In this document: positions 9,081-18,347 of the stretch, in pieces
Layout of the letters: every line of letters begins with the position of its first letter
Position numbering within the stretch: position 1 is the first letter of the stretch
Virus record (IMG/VR): IMGVR_UViG_3300023283_000389
Span: 1-35,968 of that record
Source of the DNA: a virus
Lineage: Duplodnaviria > Caudoviricetes
Length of the DNA stretch: 35,968 bases
Strand: one strand, 5' to 3'
The notes under the pieces: generated by a model
Seen by the model: only the letters and a program-made list of their open reading frames with translations
Told to the model about the DNA's origin: nothing
Database searches by the model: none
Translations under genes and position numbers: made by a program

Positions 9081-9460
9081 GCGGCTCCCGTCCGAACGAA
9101 CTTGGTGTGGATCCGGAGCGTGCGTCGCTGCGGATCGCTGTACCGCCATGCCGGTTCATCCCCCGGCGACATGACTTCGTACTCGTGCACGCGAGCCTCG
9201 CCCGTCTCCGTGATCCGATCCCCGGCCTTGGGCGTGACCGCCTCGCCGCCGAGCATCAGATCCGCCGCGGCGACGAGGTAGTCCCGCGACTCGATTCGGT
9301 GCACGACGCCGTACTCGTCCGTGCGGTCGAACGCCGTCGAGCCGATCGTGGCGGAGATCTCCACGCTGTCCTCGCCCCGGCGGTAGACCACCGTGCGCGA
9401 CAGATGTGCCCGCCGCGTGCGGTCGAGCAGTTCGGATCCCTTGGCCAGCAGGTCACCCAC
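9077..9460 (-). CDS. Head-tail joining protein (FII-like head closure)
   Basis: Position; ESRDYLV...PKAGDRITE...YEVMSP pattern. Confidence 0.7.
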   Translation of the reverse strand: MGDLLAKGSELLDRTRRAHLSRTVVYRRGEDSVEISATIGSTAFDRTDEYGVVHRIESRDYLVAAADLMLGGEAVTPKAGDRITETGEARVHEYEVMSPGDEPAWRYSDPQRRTLRIHTKFVRTGAA

Positions 9461-9487
9461 GGCGGGTCCTCCTCATCCGAGTCAACG

Positions 9488-9973
9488 TCAAGGCGCGAGC
9501 AGCCCGCGCACCGCGGTGTCCGCGGCCGCCGCAGCAGCCACGGCTTTCCCGATCCTCTTGTTCCCGCTGGCCGTGGTCGTCGCGACGCCGTTGGCGGCGT
9601 CCCAGTACAGGACCGCCCCCGCCGAGATCGCGCCGCCCGCGGCCTTGGCGAAGTCGAACACGCCGCGCGTCGCCAGCGAGCCGAGCGTGCCGGCGGCGAT
9701 CGGCGTCTTCGCCACGCCGACCAGATCGCCCTGAACCACCACCTCGCCCGCCGCCACATCTGCCGCAGGCTGAAAGTCAACCGCGTCTCCATCCTGAATG
9801 AACGTTGCCATGCCGTCTCCTTCTGGCTCGTTGTCATCTGTCGTGTCGGTGCCGTCCGTCGTCTCGGTGAACAGCGTGTCGAAGCGGGTCGTCAGGAACC
9901 CGTCGTCGATGCCGTCACCGGGTGACTCGTCCACCCCGTCGCCCGGCGACTTCCCGCCGCCGAACTGGGTCAT
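9488..9973 (-). CDS. DUF2190 capsid decoration/cement protein; alternative start at 9811
   Basis: MATFIQDGDAVDF...GEVVVQGDLVGVA...GVFDFAK...LYWD; lies directly after the capsid gene. Confidence 0.85.
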   Translation of the reverse strand: MTQFGGGKSPGDGVDESPGDGIDDGFLTTRFDTLFTETTDGTDTTDDNEPEGDGMATFIQDGDAVDFQPAADVAAGEVVVQGDLVGVAKTPIAAGTLGSLATRGVFDFAKAAGGAISAGAVLYWDAANGVATTTASGNKRIGKAVAAAAAADTAVRGLLAP

Positions 9974-11961
9974 GCCTCACCCTTCGCCTTGACCCCGCCG
10001 CGCGGGTCTTGCAGCGCGACGCCGAAGTCGTGGTACCCGCGCATCTGGATCCCGAGCCGGTTGAAGCTCTGCTCAGCCGTCTCGATGGTGGGTGCCTCCT
10101 GGCCATTGAGGAACGCGACCTCGATGACGGGCAGATCCTCGGCCCCCGCGAGCAGGTACCACGCCTTGCTCGATTTGCCCGTGTACGCGGCGTTCGAGAG
10201 GTACCGGCTGACCTCGACGCGGAACTTGCCCTGGTGCGGGTTGCTGACCGGGTACTTCGCGCTCGAGCCGTTGTCGCGCAGCTCCATGCTCTTGAAGAGC
10301 TGGCTGCCCATCGCCGACAGCGCCGTCGGCACGAGCAGGATCGTGGGCATCACACCCAGCGGCTTGCCGTCCGAGTCGACCTGGTCCATGAACGTGACCT
10401 CGGCCTTGGTCAGCCCGTCGATGCCGAGGGCCGTGTCGGCACCCGAGATGAAGTTGTTGTTGCCGGCGGCGAAGAAGGCCGAGTTCGCGAGGAAGGTCTT
10501 CCAGAAGATGTCGTTGATCGTCTTGCCCGACCCAGTACCGAGCTTGCGGGGCACGGTGGTGATCGCGCCGAGGTCGTCGTTGATGATGTCGGTGCGGTCG
10601 ATCGCCAGCATCAGGGCGTAGGTGTCGGCCTTGTTGGTGTAGGTCTCCTCGCCGAGCGTCCCGTGCTTGATCTCGCCGCCGGGGGCGACGCGCTCGTACT
10701 GGTCGTTGCCGGTGAGGCGGTAGCTGGTGACCGTCTTGAAGTCGGTCACGCTGCGGATCGCGGCGATGTTCCGCCAGGTGCGCTCGACGCTGTTGAAGCC
10801 GTCGAGCAGGAACTTGTTGGCGACGTTGGAGAGGATCCCGCCGATGCTCACGGTCGAGCCGGCGGCCTCGATGCCGCGTCCGAACGCCGCGTCCATGACG
10901 GCGGACCAGTCCCGGAACGTTCGACCCGAGTAGCCGTTGGCCCACGCCGCTTCGAGCAGGAGTTCCTGAAGGCCGAGCGTCTGGCCGAACCGCTTGCTGG
11001 CGGCGTCAAGATCCTGCTCATCGCAGAACCGCTCGGGCTGCTGGATCCGTCCGCTGAGCATGCACGCGGCCTGGAGCACGCCGTCGTTGACGAGGTTCGT
11101 GGGCACGTGCGCCGCCGGGGCCTTGGGCCGGCTGGCGCGGAGCACCTCAAGCTCGCAGCGCGTCGCGTCCCAGCCCTCGCGGATCGCGCGGGCTTCGAGG
11201 TCGCGGTGCTCGCCAGCGCAGATGCGCCGGACCGCGCTGATCCGCTCGGTCTCCGCCGCAGCCTCGGCCCGCATCTGGGCGACGACGTCGGGGCCTGCGC
11301 TGGTGTCCGGATCGGTCTGATGCGCGTCATTACCAACGGCGGGATCCGACCCCGCCGACGCCGCGATGGTCGCGCTGGTCCGCCCGTCGGCGCCGAGGTC
11401 GACGAAGCTGATCTCGCCGAGCGTCGAACGCCGCACGACATTCACCGGGCCGGTGAACTCCCGGCCGTTCACGGTGACAGACTGGTTCGCCCGCACGAAC
11501 TCGAACTCATCGACCGACGCACCGACCGAGGCCTGCCACGGGAACCCGTTCCGGCTCGACGCTACGACCTCCTTCGCCGCGGCTGTGTCGCGGCTGATCA
11601 CGCCCGAGGCCACGAGCTGCCCGCCGTCAACGCCGATCGCGTCGGTGTGGCCGACGCCGGCTTGGGCGTCGTGCCCGAAGCGGATGGGGCGGTTCTGCGA
11701 CGGGACGGAGAGCCCCGCCAGATCGATCACGACCGGGTGCCGCCAGCCGGCGATCCGCATCGTGTCGCCGGTGTAGGCGACCATCCGGAACCGCGGCAGC
11801 GGCGCGGGATGATCAGCATCACCCGCAGCCGCCGACAGATCGATCTCGGCGTGGGCCGTCAGCGACACAGACTTCTGGTCGTCGCGCAGCGTGTCGTCCG
11901 CCGAGGCGGCGATATGAATCGGGCTGATGTCACGGTGTGCGTTCGGGTTGAAAGCGATCAT
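9970..11961 (-). CDS. Prohead protease - major capsid protein fusion (Mu gpT-like capsid domain)
   Basis: N-terminal FRMVAYTG...GHT...WQASVGA...EISFVDLGAD protease; scaffold-like linker; C-terminal TDFKTV...GEIKHGT...IINDDLGA...GYHDFGV capsid. Confidence 0.9.
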   Translation of the reverse strand: MIAFNPNAHRDISPIHIAASADDTLRDDQKSVSLTAHAEIDLSAAAGDADHPAPLPRFRMVAYTGDTMRIAGWRHPVVIDLAGLSVPSQNRPIRFGHDAQAGVGHTDAIGVDGGQLVASGVISRDTAAAKEVVASSRNGFPWQASVGASVDEFEFVRANQSVTVNGREFTGPVNVVRRSTLGEISFVDLGADGRTSATIAASAGSDPAVGNDAHQTDPDTSAGPDVVAQMRAEAAAETERISAVRRICAGEHRDLEARAIREGWDATRCELEVLRASRPKAPAAHVPTNLVNDGVLQAACMLSGRIQQPERFCDEQDLDAASKRFGQTLGLQELLLEAAWANGYSGRTFRDWSAVMDAAFGRGIEAAGSTVSIGGILSNVANKFLLDGFNSVERTWRNIAAIRSVTDFKTVTSYRLTGNDQYERVAPGGEIKHGTLGEETYTNKADTYALMLAIDRTDIINDDLGAITTVPRKLGTGSGKTINDIFWKTFLANSAFFAAGNNNFISGADTALGIDGLTKAEVTFMDQVDSDGKPLGVMPTILLVPTALSAMGSQLFKSMELRDNGSSAKYPVSNPHQGKFRVEVSRYLSNAAYTGKSSKAWYLLAGAEDLPVIEVAFLNGQEAPTIETAEQSFNRLGIQMRGYHDFGVALQDPRGGVKAKGEA

Positions 11962-13445
11962 GCGGCCTCCTTGCGGCTCTCGTCGCGTTCGTCTTCGGTC
12001 TCGTCGGTGTCACTGGGATCCGCCGCAGGCGCGGCGAGTCCTTCGGGCAGCCCGAGTTCACGCAGCAGCCGCACCTCCTTAGCGCGCTGCCGCAGCTCGT
12101 CTTCCCAGTCCCGGCCCTGCCGCGCGTACTCGGCGGCGAGCGTCGTCGTGTGGTTCGCGAGGCGTGTCGCCTGTGCGTTCGCTTCCTTGGCCGGGTCGAC
12201 GTGCTCGACGCCGTCCCAGAACCAGGCGTGCGGTGTCTGGGCGTTGCGCGCCCGCAGCGCCTGCGGCAGCAGGCCCTCGACCAGCGCCGCCTCCGCGAAC
12301 CACGCCGCGAGGATGCGGTCGAGCACCGACACCTGCATCTGGTGCTGCTCGACGCGGATGCTCTTGAAGTACGTCTGGTGATCGAGCCGGCCCGAGGCGT
12401 AGTTGTACCCAGAGCTGTTCCCCGCGGCGACGTTGAACGGCATGCTCAAACACCGCGCGATCTCGTTGAGGATCTCCCGCTTGAACTCCGCGTAGGTCGT
12501 TGCCGGCTGCTCGGCGTGGATCTGCCCGAGCTTCCACCCGCCGGGCAACACGGTCGCCAGCCGCTTCTCCAGACCCACCATGTCCATGGGCTCGAGCGGG
12601 TCCGCCTCGCCGTTGGCCGGCGCATCGGTATACAGCACGGCCGCGAAGTCGGCGCCGGTCTCGGCCGCGGCGATCACCGCGAGCGTGTACCGGCGGAGCT
12701 GCGCGAACAGCGGCAACGCCGGCGTGATGTCCGGGATCCCGCGGCGCTGACCCGGGCGATCGGCCCGGAAGTAGTGGATCATCGAACCCGCGGGTACGGT
12801 GTCAAACTCGAACGGGCCATTCCGCCCGCGCGTCCACGATGCCGTGTCGCCCGGGTGGCGCTGCAGCACGTAGTACCCGGCGGGGTGGCCCGACGCGTCG
12901 AGCACGACGCCGTCGATGTTGTCAGTCCCGGCACGGCCGGTTCGCACGAGCGGGCTGGTCACCTGATCCGGCTCGAGCAGCCGCGGGTCGAGTTTCACCG
13001 CGTGGTCGATGCGCGGGCTGCTGGTCAACATGCAGAAGCACTCGCCCGACTCCGCCCGGCCCATCCGCATCGTGCGGAGCAGCCCGGCGAGATCGACGGC
13101 GGCGGCCCACTCGCCGAACGCGTCCTCAACGCGGGCGTTAGCGTTTGGATCCTCGGTCAGCATCTGGAGCCGTGGCCCCGTGCCCACCGTGTCGTTGGCG
13201 AGCGTGAGCACGATGCCCTTGGCGTAGCTGTTGTTGGCGACCTCGTAGCGGGCCCGGTTCCGCAGCACGCGGCGAACCTCCGGGCTGACCGCGGCGTTGG
13301 GCGCGAGCCCATCCGCAGCGGCCCAATGCCGCCGGTTGTCCGGGGTCGTCTGCGCCGAGTCGAACCGAGCACGCACGGCCACGGGTCGCGACGCGGCCTC
13401 GGTCTTCGGAGTGCGCTTCGACTTGCGGAGGAGGCCGCCGAGCAT
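11958..13445 (-). CDS. Portal protein, lambda family
   Basis: LRNRARYEVANNSYAKG, RPGQRRGIP, NYASGRLD and VDPAKEA motifs. Confidence 0.93.
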   Translation of the reverse strand: MLGGLLRKSKRTPKTEAASRPVAVRARFDSAQTTPDNRRHWAAADGLAPNAAVSPEVRRVLRNRARYEVANNSYAKGIVLTLANDTVGTGPRLQMLTEDPNANARVEDAFGEWAAAVDLAGLLRTMRMGRAESGECFCMLTSSPRIDHAVKLDPRLLEPDQVTSPLVRTGRAGTDNIDGVVLDASGHPAGYYVLQRHPGDTASWTRGRNGPFEFDTVPAGSMIHYFRADRPGQRRGIPDITPALPLFAQLRRYTLAVIAAAETGADFAAVLYTDAPANGEADPLEPMDMVGLEKRLATVLPGGWKLGQIHAEQPATTYAEFKREILNEIARCLSMPFNVAAGNSSGYNYASGRLDHQTYFKSIRVEQHQMQVSVLDRILAAWFAEAALVEGLLPQALRARNAQTPHAWFWDGVEHVDPAKEANAQATRLANHTTTLAAEYARQGRDWEDELRQRAKEVRLLRELGLPEGLAAPAADPSDTDETEDERDESRKEAA

Positions 13446-13669
13446 CAGGCCGCACCTCCGTGGTCTTCTGTACCAGGTGGCACCAGCTTGGCGAAACGGA
13501 TCCCCATCCCCGGCTTCCGCGACGCGTTCTTGGACTCGCGGTACCGGTCGGCCTCAATCACGTCGGGCAGCGAGTGCTGCTCGACCGACTGGCCGTCTAC
13601 CGAAGCCTTCGCCGGCCCGGCGGCGTTCTCGGCAATCGCGTCATCGAGGTTGGGAGAGGGGTCTGTCAC
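13445..13669 (-). CDS. gpW-like head completion protein
   Basis: Small ORF between terminase and portal, ASVDGQSVEQHSL; GAGGA RBS before GTG 13669. Confidence 0.7.
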   Translation of the reverse strand: MTDPSPNLDDAIAENAAGPAKASVDGQSVEQHSLPDVIEADRYRESKNASRKPGMGIRFAKLVPPGTEDHGGAA

Positions 13670-13758
13670 GGCGTCCTCGTAAGCCCCGCGGTGCGCGGGG
13701 GCGTTACAGGTCACCTATGCCGTCAAGCTACTGCCTGTCCGTCGGATGATGTCGAATG

Positions 13759-16071
13759 TCATCGGTTATGCACACGCCGAGTCTGTCGGTCGGACAGCTT
13801 CAGGCGTTTGCTCACTGTTGGCTTCACGTCCGTGCCGAATAGCACGGCCCCCTGCATCGACGCTGCCACGGCCGATCCGACCATGCAGTCGAGCCAGTGG
13901 TTGTCGAGCCCTGCGACGCGGAGTTTCCATTCATCGACCGTGCGGCCGCGGCCCTCGGTCTTGACCCGGTACTCGGCCGTCAGATGCTCAGCGATCAGCC
14001 GGTGCGTCTCGGGCTTATGGCCGAACAACGCGAGCGCCCCCGGATCGCCCATCGGGACCGCGAGCCGGGCGTGCACGAAGCTCTTCCAGAAGTTCGTGTC
14101 GAAGACGACGTGCCGGACGGCCCGCTTGCCCGTGACCATCGGCACGCGCCAGTTGAGGCCAATGCGTTCGCCGCGTTTGCGCTTGTAGTCGCTGAACGGG
14201 ATGCTGCTCGCTCCGACGTACCGGCCGTGGCTCGGCAGCAGCAGGGAGGCGTGCGAGCTCTGCCGGCAGAACTGGTACACGACATCGGTGGATGTACCCC
14301 AGTTCGCGTCGATCAGGCAGCGGTCGATGCGGATTGCAGCGCCGTCGTCACGTTTCCACTCGCGCCCGAGCGTCCGCTCGAAGAGCCGCTCGAGCCCGGC
14401 GTAGATCGCACCCTCGACGCCGGCCCGTGGCGCTGACATCGCGAGCGTCTTGCGGATGTCCCGCAATGTGAAGTACTCCGCCTGCTGATCAGGCTCGGTG
14501 CCGTAGTCGATCACATGGCCCGTGAAGTCGTCTTCCCATGCGGCAACGAGCCAGAACAGCGCCTTGCCCTGCACATCCACGAACATCGTCAGGTGCGAGC
14601 AGCCGAGCGGCACCTGGCCGCGGGCAATCCCGCTGAGCTTCGAAGCGATCTGATCAACCGTCAGCAGGTCGTCGTCGGCCGCCACCTCGGGCAGCGGCTC
14701 GTTCTGGTACTCGGCGAAGAACGCGGCCTCGTTCTGGAGCCGCAGGTTCATCGCGTGCTGGATGGCGCTGAGTTCGTCGTGGTTGTACCGCTCGGGCCAG
14801 GCGATCTCGGTCCCGGCGTCCATCGCCTTGCGGTTGCGCTTGTAGAACGCCGTCGCGGCCTTGAGCCCGCGGTCGCTGCGGAGCCCGTCGGCTCTGATCT
14901 CGGCGTACTTCGCCCACAGCGCCTCGTCCGTGGGGAACGCGTACACCATCTTCGTCCGCTCGCCCTGCCACTGCGGGTGCTTGTCCCGGTCGAGCAATCG
15001 GTCGGCCAGATCGTCGGGTCGCACGACCGTCACCGTCATCAGCCCCGCGATCTTCTCGCCCGGACCGGCGAGGCCGAGCACCGCGCCGGCGAGGACGCGC
15101 TCGCGGTTGGCGCACTGGCTCGGGCTGCGGGCGCTCTCGTCGGTCTGCGGGTCGTCGATGAGCACGAGCGACGGCCGCACGCTCTGTCCGTCTGCTCGCT
15201 TGAATTTCATCCCACGGATGCGGCCGGTGATGCCGGCGACACGGATGATCGCGCCCGACGCCGCCGAGGGCTGTCCATCGGGGGCGATCGTCGGCAGCAC
15301 GATCTCCTTGGCCGTCCACCCGATATGCGTCTGCTTGCCCTGGTAGAGCTGCCCGGCCGCCCGCTGCGTGATGCCCTCGAGCGATCGGATCGGGTGGCAG
15401 ACCTCCGGGAAGTCCCCGGCCAGCAGGTCGCTGTGTTCGAGTTCGGCTTTGATCGAGTCGAGCATGTCGGCCGCGTGCTCCTCGTCGGAGCCGATCAGCG
15501 CAACGAAGCCGCGGTGCCCGAAGAGCATCGCCCACAGGCATGCGATCTCGCAGAGGCTGGTCTTACCAGATCCTCGCGGCATCGCCATCGCGAACAGCCC
15601 GCCGTCGAGCACCGCCTGTTCGATCTTCGCGATGACCTTGAGGTGATCCGCCGACCACCGCAGATGGAACGTCTGCGGGAAGTACGTCTCGCAGAAGAAC
15701 CGGAAGTCGCTGCGGGCCCGGTCCTTCCGGGCCGCGTCCTCCACCTCGGGCAGATCGCCAATGTCGCGACCGGATAGCGACATCGCGGCGTTGCGTGCCC
15801 GCGCCCGCTCGCGGTGCGCGTCGTACCCGGACAGACTCGGGTCTTCTTCATCCTGCTGTGCGAGTTGCTCGTGCCTCGTCGCCGCCAGCCAAGCGACGTA
15901 CCGGAACAGGTCCACGCGGCCGGTGTCCCCGTCCGCCGCGACGCGGAAACCCGCGCGCGTGCGGTGGCGGTGCAACTGCCGCTCGCTGATGACCTCGCCC
16001 AGCGGCGTGGAGTTCAGCAGCCGGCACAGCTCGCCGGGACGGAGTTGCCGCGGGTCAATCGGCACGCCCAC
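13759..16071 (-). CDS. Terminase large subunit (GpA-like nuclease C-terminus) with N-terminal HTH-like extension
   Basis: Walker A MPRGSGKT, Walker B LVLIDDPQ; nuclease motifs MFVDVQ, LIDANWG and DNHWLDC. Confidence 0.92.
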   Translation of the reverse strand: MGVPIDPRQLRPGELCRLLNSTPLGEVISERQLHRHRTRAGFRVAADGDTGRVDLFRYVAWLAATRHEQLAQQDEEDPSLSGYDAHRERARARNAAMSLSGRDIGDLPEVEDAARKDRARSDFRFFCETYFPQTFHLRWSADHLKVIAKIEQAVLDGGLFAMAMPRGSGKTSLCEIACLWAMLFGHRGFVALIGSDEEHAADMLDSIKAELEHSDLLAGDFPEVCHPIRSLEGITQRAAGQLYQGKQTHIGWTAKEIVLPTIAPDGQPSAASGAIIRVAGITGRIRGMKFKRADGQSVRPSLVLIDDPQTDESARSPSQCANRERVLAGAVLGLAGPGEKIAGLMTVTVVRPDDLADRLLDRDKHPQWQGERTKMVYAFPTDEALWAKYAEIRADGLRSDRGLKAATAFYKRNRKAMDAGTEIAWPERYNHDELSAIQHAMNLRLQNEAAFFAEYQNEPLPEVAADDDLLTVDQIASKLSGIARGQVPLGCSHLTMFVDVQGKALFWLVAAWEDDFTGHVIDYGTEPDQQAEYFTLRDIRKTLAMSAPRAGVEGAIYAGLERLFERTLGREWKRDDGAAIRIDRCLIDANWGTSTDVVYQFCRQSSHASLLLPSHGRYVGASSIPFSDYKRKRGERIGLNWRVPMVTGKRAVRHVVFDTNFWKSFVHARLAVPMGDPGALALFGHKPETHRLIAEHLTAEYRVKTEGRGRTVDEWKLRVAGLDNHWLDCMVGSAVAASMQGAVLFGTDVKPTVSKRLKLSDRQTRRVHNR

Positions 16072-16303
16072 CCCCTGCCCCCCCGGCGCTCATCTCGCGC
16101 ACGAGCCACGCCGCGTAGTGCACGAGGTTGATGCTGCCATCGGCGTTCGTCGGCGCGCCCGCGTCGATGTCGGCCTCAATCACGTCTGCGGTGACAGGTT
16201 TCCCGCCCATGCGGGACAGCACCTTCGCGGCGTCCTCGATGCGCAGCGCGGCGGGGTTCAGGCCCGGCTTGCCGCCGGAACTAGGCGCGTGTTCGGGAGT
16301 CAC
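16055..16303 (-). CDS. Small HTH protein, terminase small subunit (Nu1)-like
   Basis: LRIEDAAKVLS...GAPTNADGSINLVHYAAWL; GGAGG RBS; overlaps the terminase start. Confidence 0.6.
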   Translation of the reverse strand: MTPEHAPSSGGKPGLNPAALRIEDAAKVLSRMGGKPVTADVIEADIDAGAPTNADGSINLVHYAAWLVREMSAGGAGGGRAD

Positions 16304-16455
16304 GCCGCACCTCCCGCAGAATCTCGAAAACATCTGGAAATCAAGCCCGAAACGACTTCCCTGTCGGCCGCTCTTGGGGCTTCATGTGTCACACGGCGGG
16401 GGGGCGGGGCGAACGCCCGCCGCCGCGCCAGACCGAAGCCCGCACGGAGACGACC

Positions 16456-16680
16456 ATGCCGACCGCACGCGACAACGCCATCAACCGCATCGCCCGCGAG
16501 GTGCTCGACCTCGAAACGCTCGAGGCCCGCCGGATGGACAGCCTCGACTTCCACGAGCACGCCGTCTGGTCGATCAAGGACGCCCTCGAGCAGGCGTACG
16601 AAGTGGGCCGCAAGGCAGCACCCCCGACACGAATGACCTGCCCGGCGTGTGGCCGGGACATCGAGATCCGATCCCTCTGA
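16456..16680 (+). CDS. DUF6900-like protein with C-terminal CxxC
   Basis: IAREVLDLETLEARRMDSLDFHEHAVWSIKDALEQAYEVG; GGAG RBS. Confidence 0.75.
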   Translation: MPTARDNAINRIAREVLDLETLEARRMDSLDFHEHAVWSIKDALEQAYEVGRKAAPPTRMTCPACGRDIEIRSL

Positions 16681-16722
16681 AGCCCGCCCCATCTGGAGAT
16701 GACGGCGGGCTTCGCTGCTTTT
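16679..16722 (+). terminator. Hairpin / putative terminator or attenuator
   Basis: GAAGCCCGCC (16679-16688) pairs with GGCGGGCTTC (16704-16713), followed by GCTGCTTTT. Confidence 0.5.
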
Positions 16723-16743
16723 GGAACCCCAAGGAGAATCGAC

Positions 16744-17355
16744 ATGGCGAAGAAGACCACCACGAAGAAGACGACGAGCAAGGCGACGACCAAGAAGTCG
16801 ACGACGCGCAAGCCGCAGGCCAAGAAGACCCCGACCAAGAAGTCGACCCACATGTCCGCGAGCGCCGCCCGGGCCGAGGGCGCGGCGAAGACCATGCGGG
16901 CCGTCGCCGAGGCGAAGGCGAGCGTCGACGCCAACCTCAAGGCCATCGCCGCGGCCGACCAGGAGAACGCGACCAAGCGTGACCAGCGGGCTGCGACCAC
17001 GGACGGCATGACGCCGAGCGAACGGGCGATGGCCGAGAGTGCCGCCCCCGCCAAGGCCGCGGCAAAGCGCCGCAAGCAGGACGGCAGCAAGGACCCGGTC
17101 GCAGACATCGCGGCCAAGGCCGACCGCAAACCCAGCGGTCTCGACCTCGCCGCCAAGGTCCTCGCCGATGCGGGCGAGCCGTTGCCGGCGAGGGCCATCG
17201 CCGAGCGGGCGATCGCCGCGGGGTGGCAGACCAGCGGCAAGACGCCGCAGGCCACGCTCTACGCCGCGATGCTCCGCGAGATTGCGAAGAAGGGCGACGC
17301 GGCACGCTTCCGCAAGGCCGACCGCGGGCTGTTCGAAGCCGGGAAAGGAGTGTGA
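16744..17355 (+). CDS. HARE-HTH (HB1/ASXL) winged-helix protein with Lys/Thr-rich N-terminal tail
   Basis: AAKVLADAGEPL...WQTSGKTPQATLYAAMLREI...RFRKADRGLF; AAGGAG RBS. Confidence 0.8.
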   Translation: MAKKTTTKKTTSKATTKKSTTRKPQAKKTPTKKSTHMSASAARAEGAAKTMRAVAEAKASVDANLKAIAAADQENATKRDQRAATTDGMTPSERAMAESAAPAKAAAKRRKQDGSKDPVADIAAKADRKPSGLDLAAKVLADAGEPLPARAIAERAIAAGWQTSGKTPQATLYAAMLREIAKKGDAARFRKADRGLFEAGKGV

Positions 17356-17358
17356 ACC

Positions 17359-17553
17359 GTGACCGATCACGACAGCACCCCAGTCGAGCACGGCTTCGCC
17401 TGCCCCTGGTGCGGCGAGCGCGAGATGGACCTCCTGATCTGGGTCGAGGACGACGTGGTCGAGTGCCACGCCTGCGGCTGCCGGTACGACCCCGGCCCCG
17501 GCCTGATCTGGCGCGAGGGCGACCCGGCGAGAGAGCGGGAGGCCGAGGCATGA
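17359..17553 (+). CDS. Small zinc-ribbon protein
   Basis: CPWC...CHAC. Confidence 0.6.
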   Translation: MTDHDSTPVEHGFACPWCGEREMDLLIWVEDDVVECHACGCRYDPGPGLIWREGDPAREREAEA

Positions 17554-17909
17554 ACCGACGCCACCCGATCGAACACTTCCACGTCGATGACCAAGGGGCG
17601 CTCGTCCGCATCCGCGTCAGCACCGACGGCCACCGGTACGAGCACCGCTGCTCGCTCGATACGCTCCAATCCGTCGCGCACCACTTCGACGGGTGCGACA
17701 GCGACCAACGCACGCTCAATCAGATCGCCGGGGCCGAGCGCGTCGCGTGGACCCAGGCCGCGGTCGCCCTCGCGTTCCTGAAGGAGCGGGGCATCGTCGA
17801 GCGCCGGGGCGACTCCAACCACGCCGCCAGCGGCGACTGCTACCTCGACGCCATGACCGAGTACCACGCCCTGCGGGAGAAGGGCCCGGAACCCGCGGAC
17901 GCCGGCTGA
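17550..17909 (+). CDS. Hypothetical protein, probable winged helix
   Basis: ATGA-coupled start MNRRHPIEHF; TLNQIA...WTQAAVALAFLKERGIVERRG. Confidence 0.65.
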   Translation: MNRRHPIEHFHVDDQGALVRIRVSTDGHRYEHRCSLDTLQSVAHHFDGCDSDQRTLNQIAGAERVAWTQAAVALAFLKERGIVERRGDSNHAASGDCYLDAMTEYHALREKGPEPADAG

Positions 17910-17936
17910 CCCCGTCCGGGCAACCCGATCCCGCTT

Positions 17937-17960
17937 CCCCGGCCGCCGGCCGGGGTTTCT
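17937..17960 (+). terminator. Rho-independent terminator
   Basis: CCCCGGCC-GCC-GGCCGGGG-TTTCT after the cassette. Confidence 0.7.
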
Positions 17961-18065
17961 CGTCGCTGGGAGCCTCCCCGCGGCCCGTCGGTGCTGGTTC
18001 TCGGGCCGAAGCGGGGAGCGGGCACCCGGAACGGCTGGAGATTTCTCTCGATCCGACCGACGATG

Positions 18066-18088
18066 TCGTATACACTTGGTATATACGA
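18066..18088. promoter_or_regulatory. Inverted-repeat operator of the toxin-antitoxin operon
   Basis: TCGTATA-N9-TATACGA, AT-rich, just upstream of the antitoxin RBS (GGAGG). Confidence 0.6.
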
Positions 18089-18104
18089 GTGCCCGGAGGA
18101 CCCC

Positions 18105-18344
18105 ATGAGCCACGCCCTGACCAAGACCCTCATCAAGCACGGCAACAGCCTCGCGCTGGTGATCGACAAGCCGATCCTCGAAATGCTCGGCATCCAGGCC
18201 GACACGCCGCTCGAGATCTCGACCAACGGCGACGCGCTCCTCGTTTCGCCCGTCCGGGACGAGGCCCGGCAGGCCCAGCTCCGCCAGACGCTCAAGAAGC
18301 TCAACGCCAAGTTCGGCGACGACCTGCGGCGCCTCGCCGAGTGA
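18105..18344 (+). CDS. AbrB/MazE-family antitoxin
   Basis: KTLIKHGNSLALVIDKPILEMLGI...LEISTNGDALLVSP. Confidence 0.9.
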   Translation: MSHALTKTLIKHGNSLALVIDKPILEMLGIQADTPLEISTNGDALLVSPVRDEARQAQLRQTLKKLNAKFGDDLRRLAE

Positions 18345-18347
18345 CCC

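Noticed and set aside
9922-12381. 819-aa plus-strand ORF and similar long antisense ORFs (12150-13682, 20718-22451, 33930-35438 and others)
   Set aside because: Shadow frames of high-GC genes; no motifs, and they overlap well-supported minus-strand genes
16744-16850. AAGAAGAC-type short repeats as a CRISPR or iteron array
   Set aside because: Explained by the Lys/Thr-rich coding sequence; no regular repeat-spacer structure
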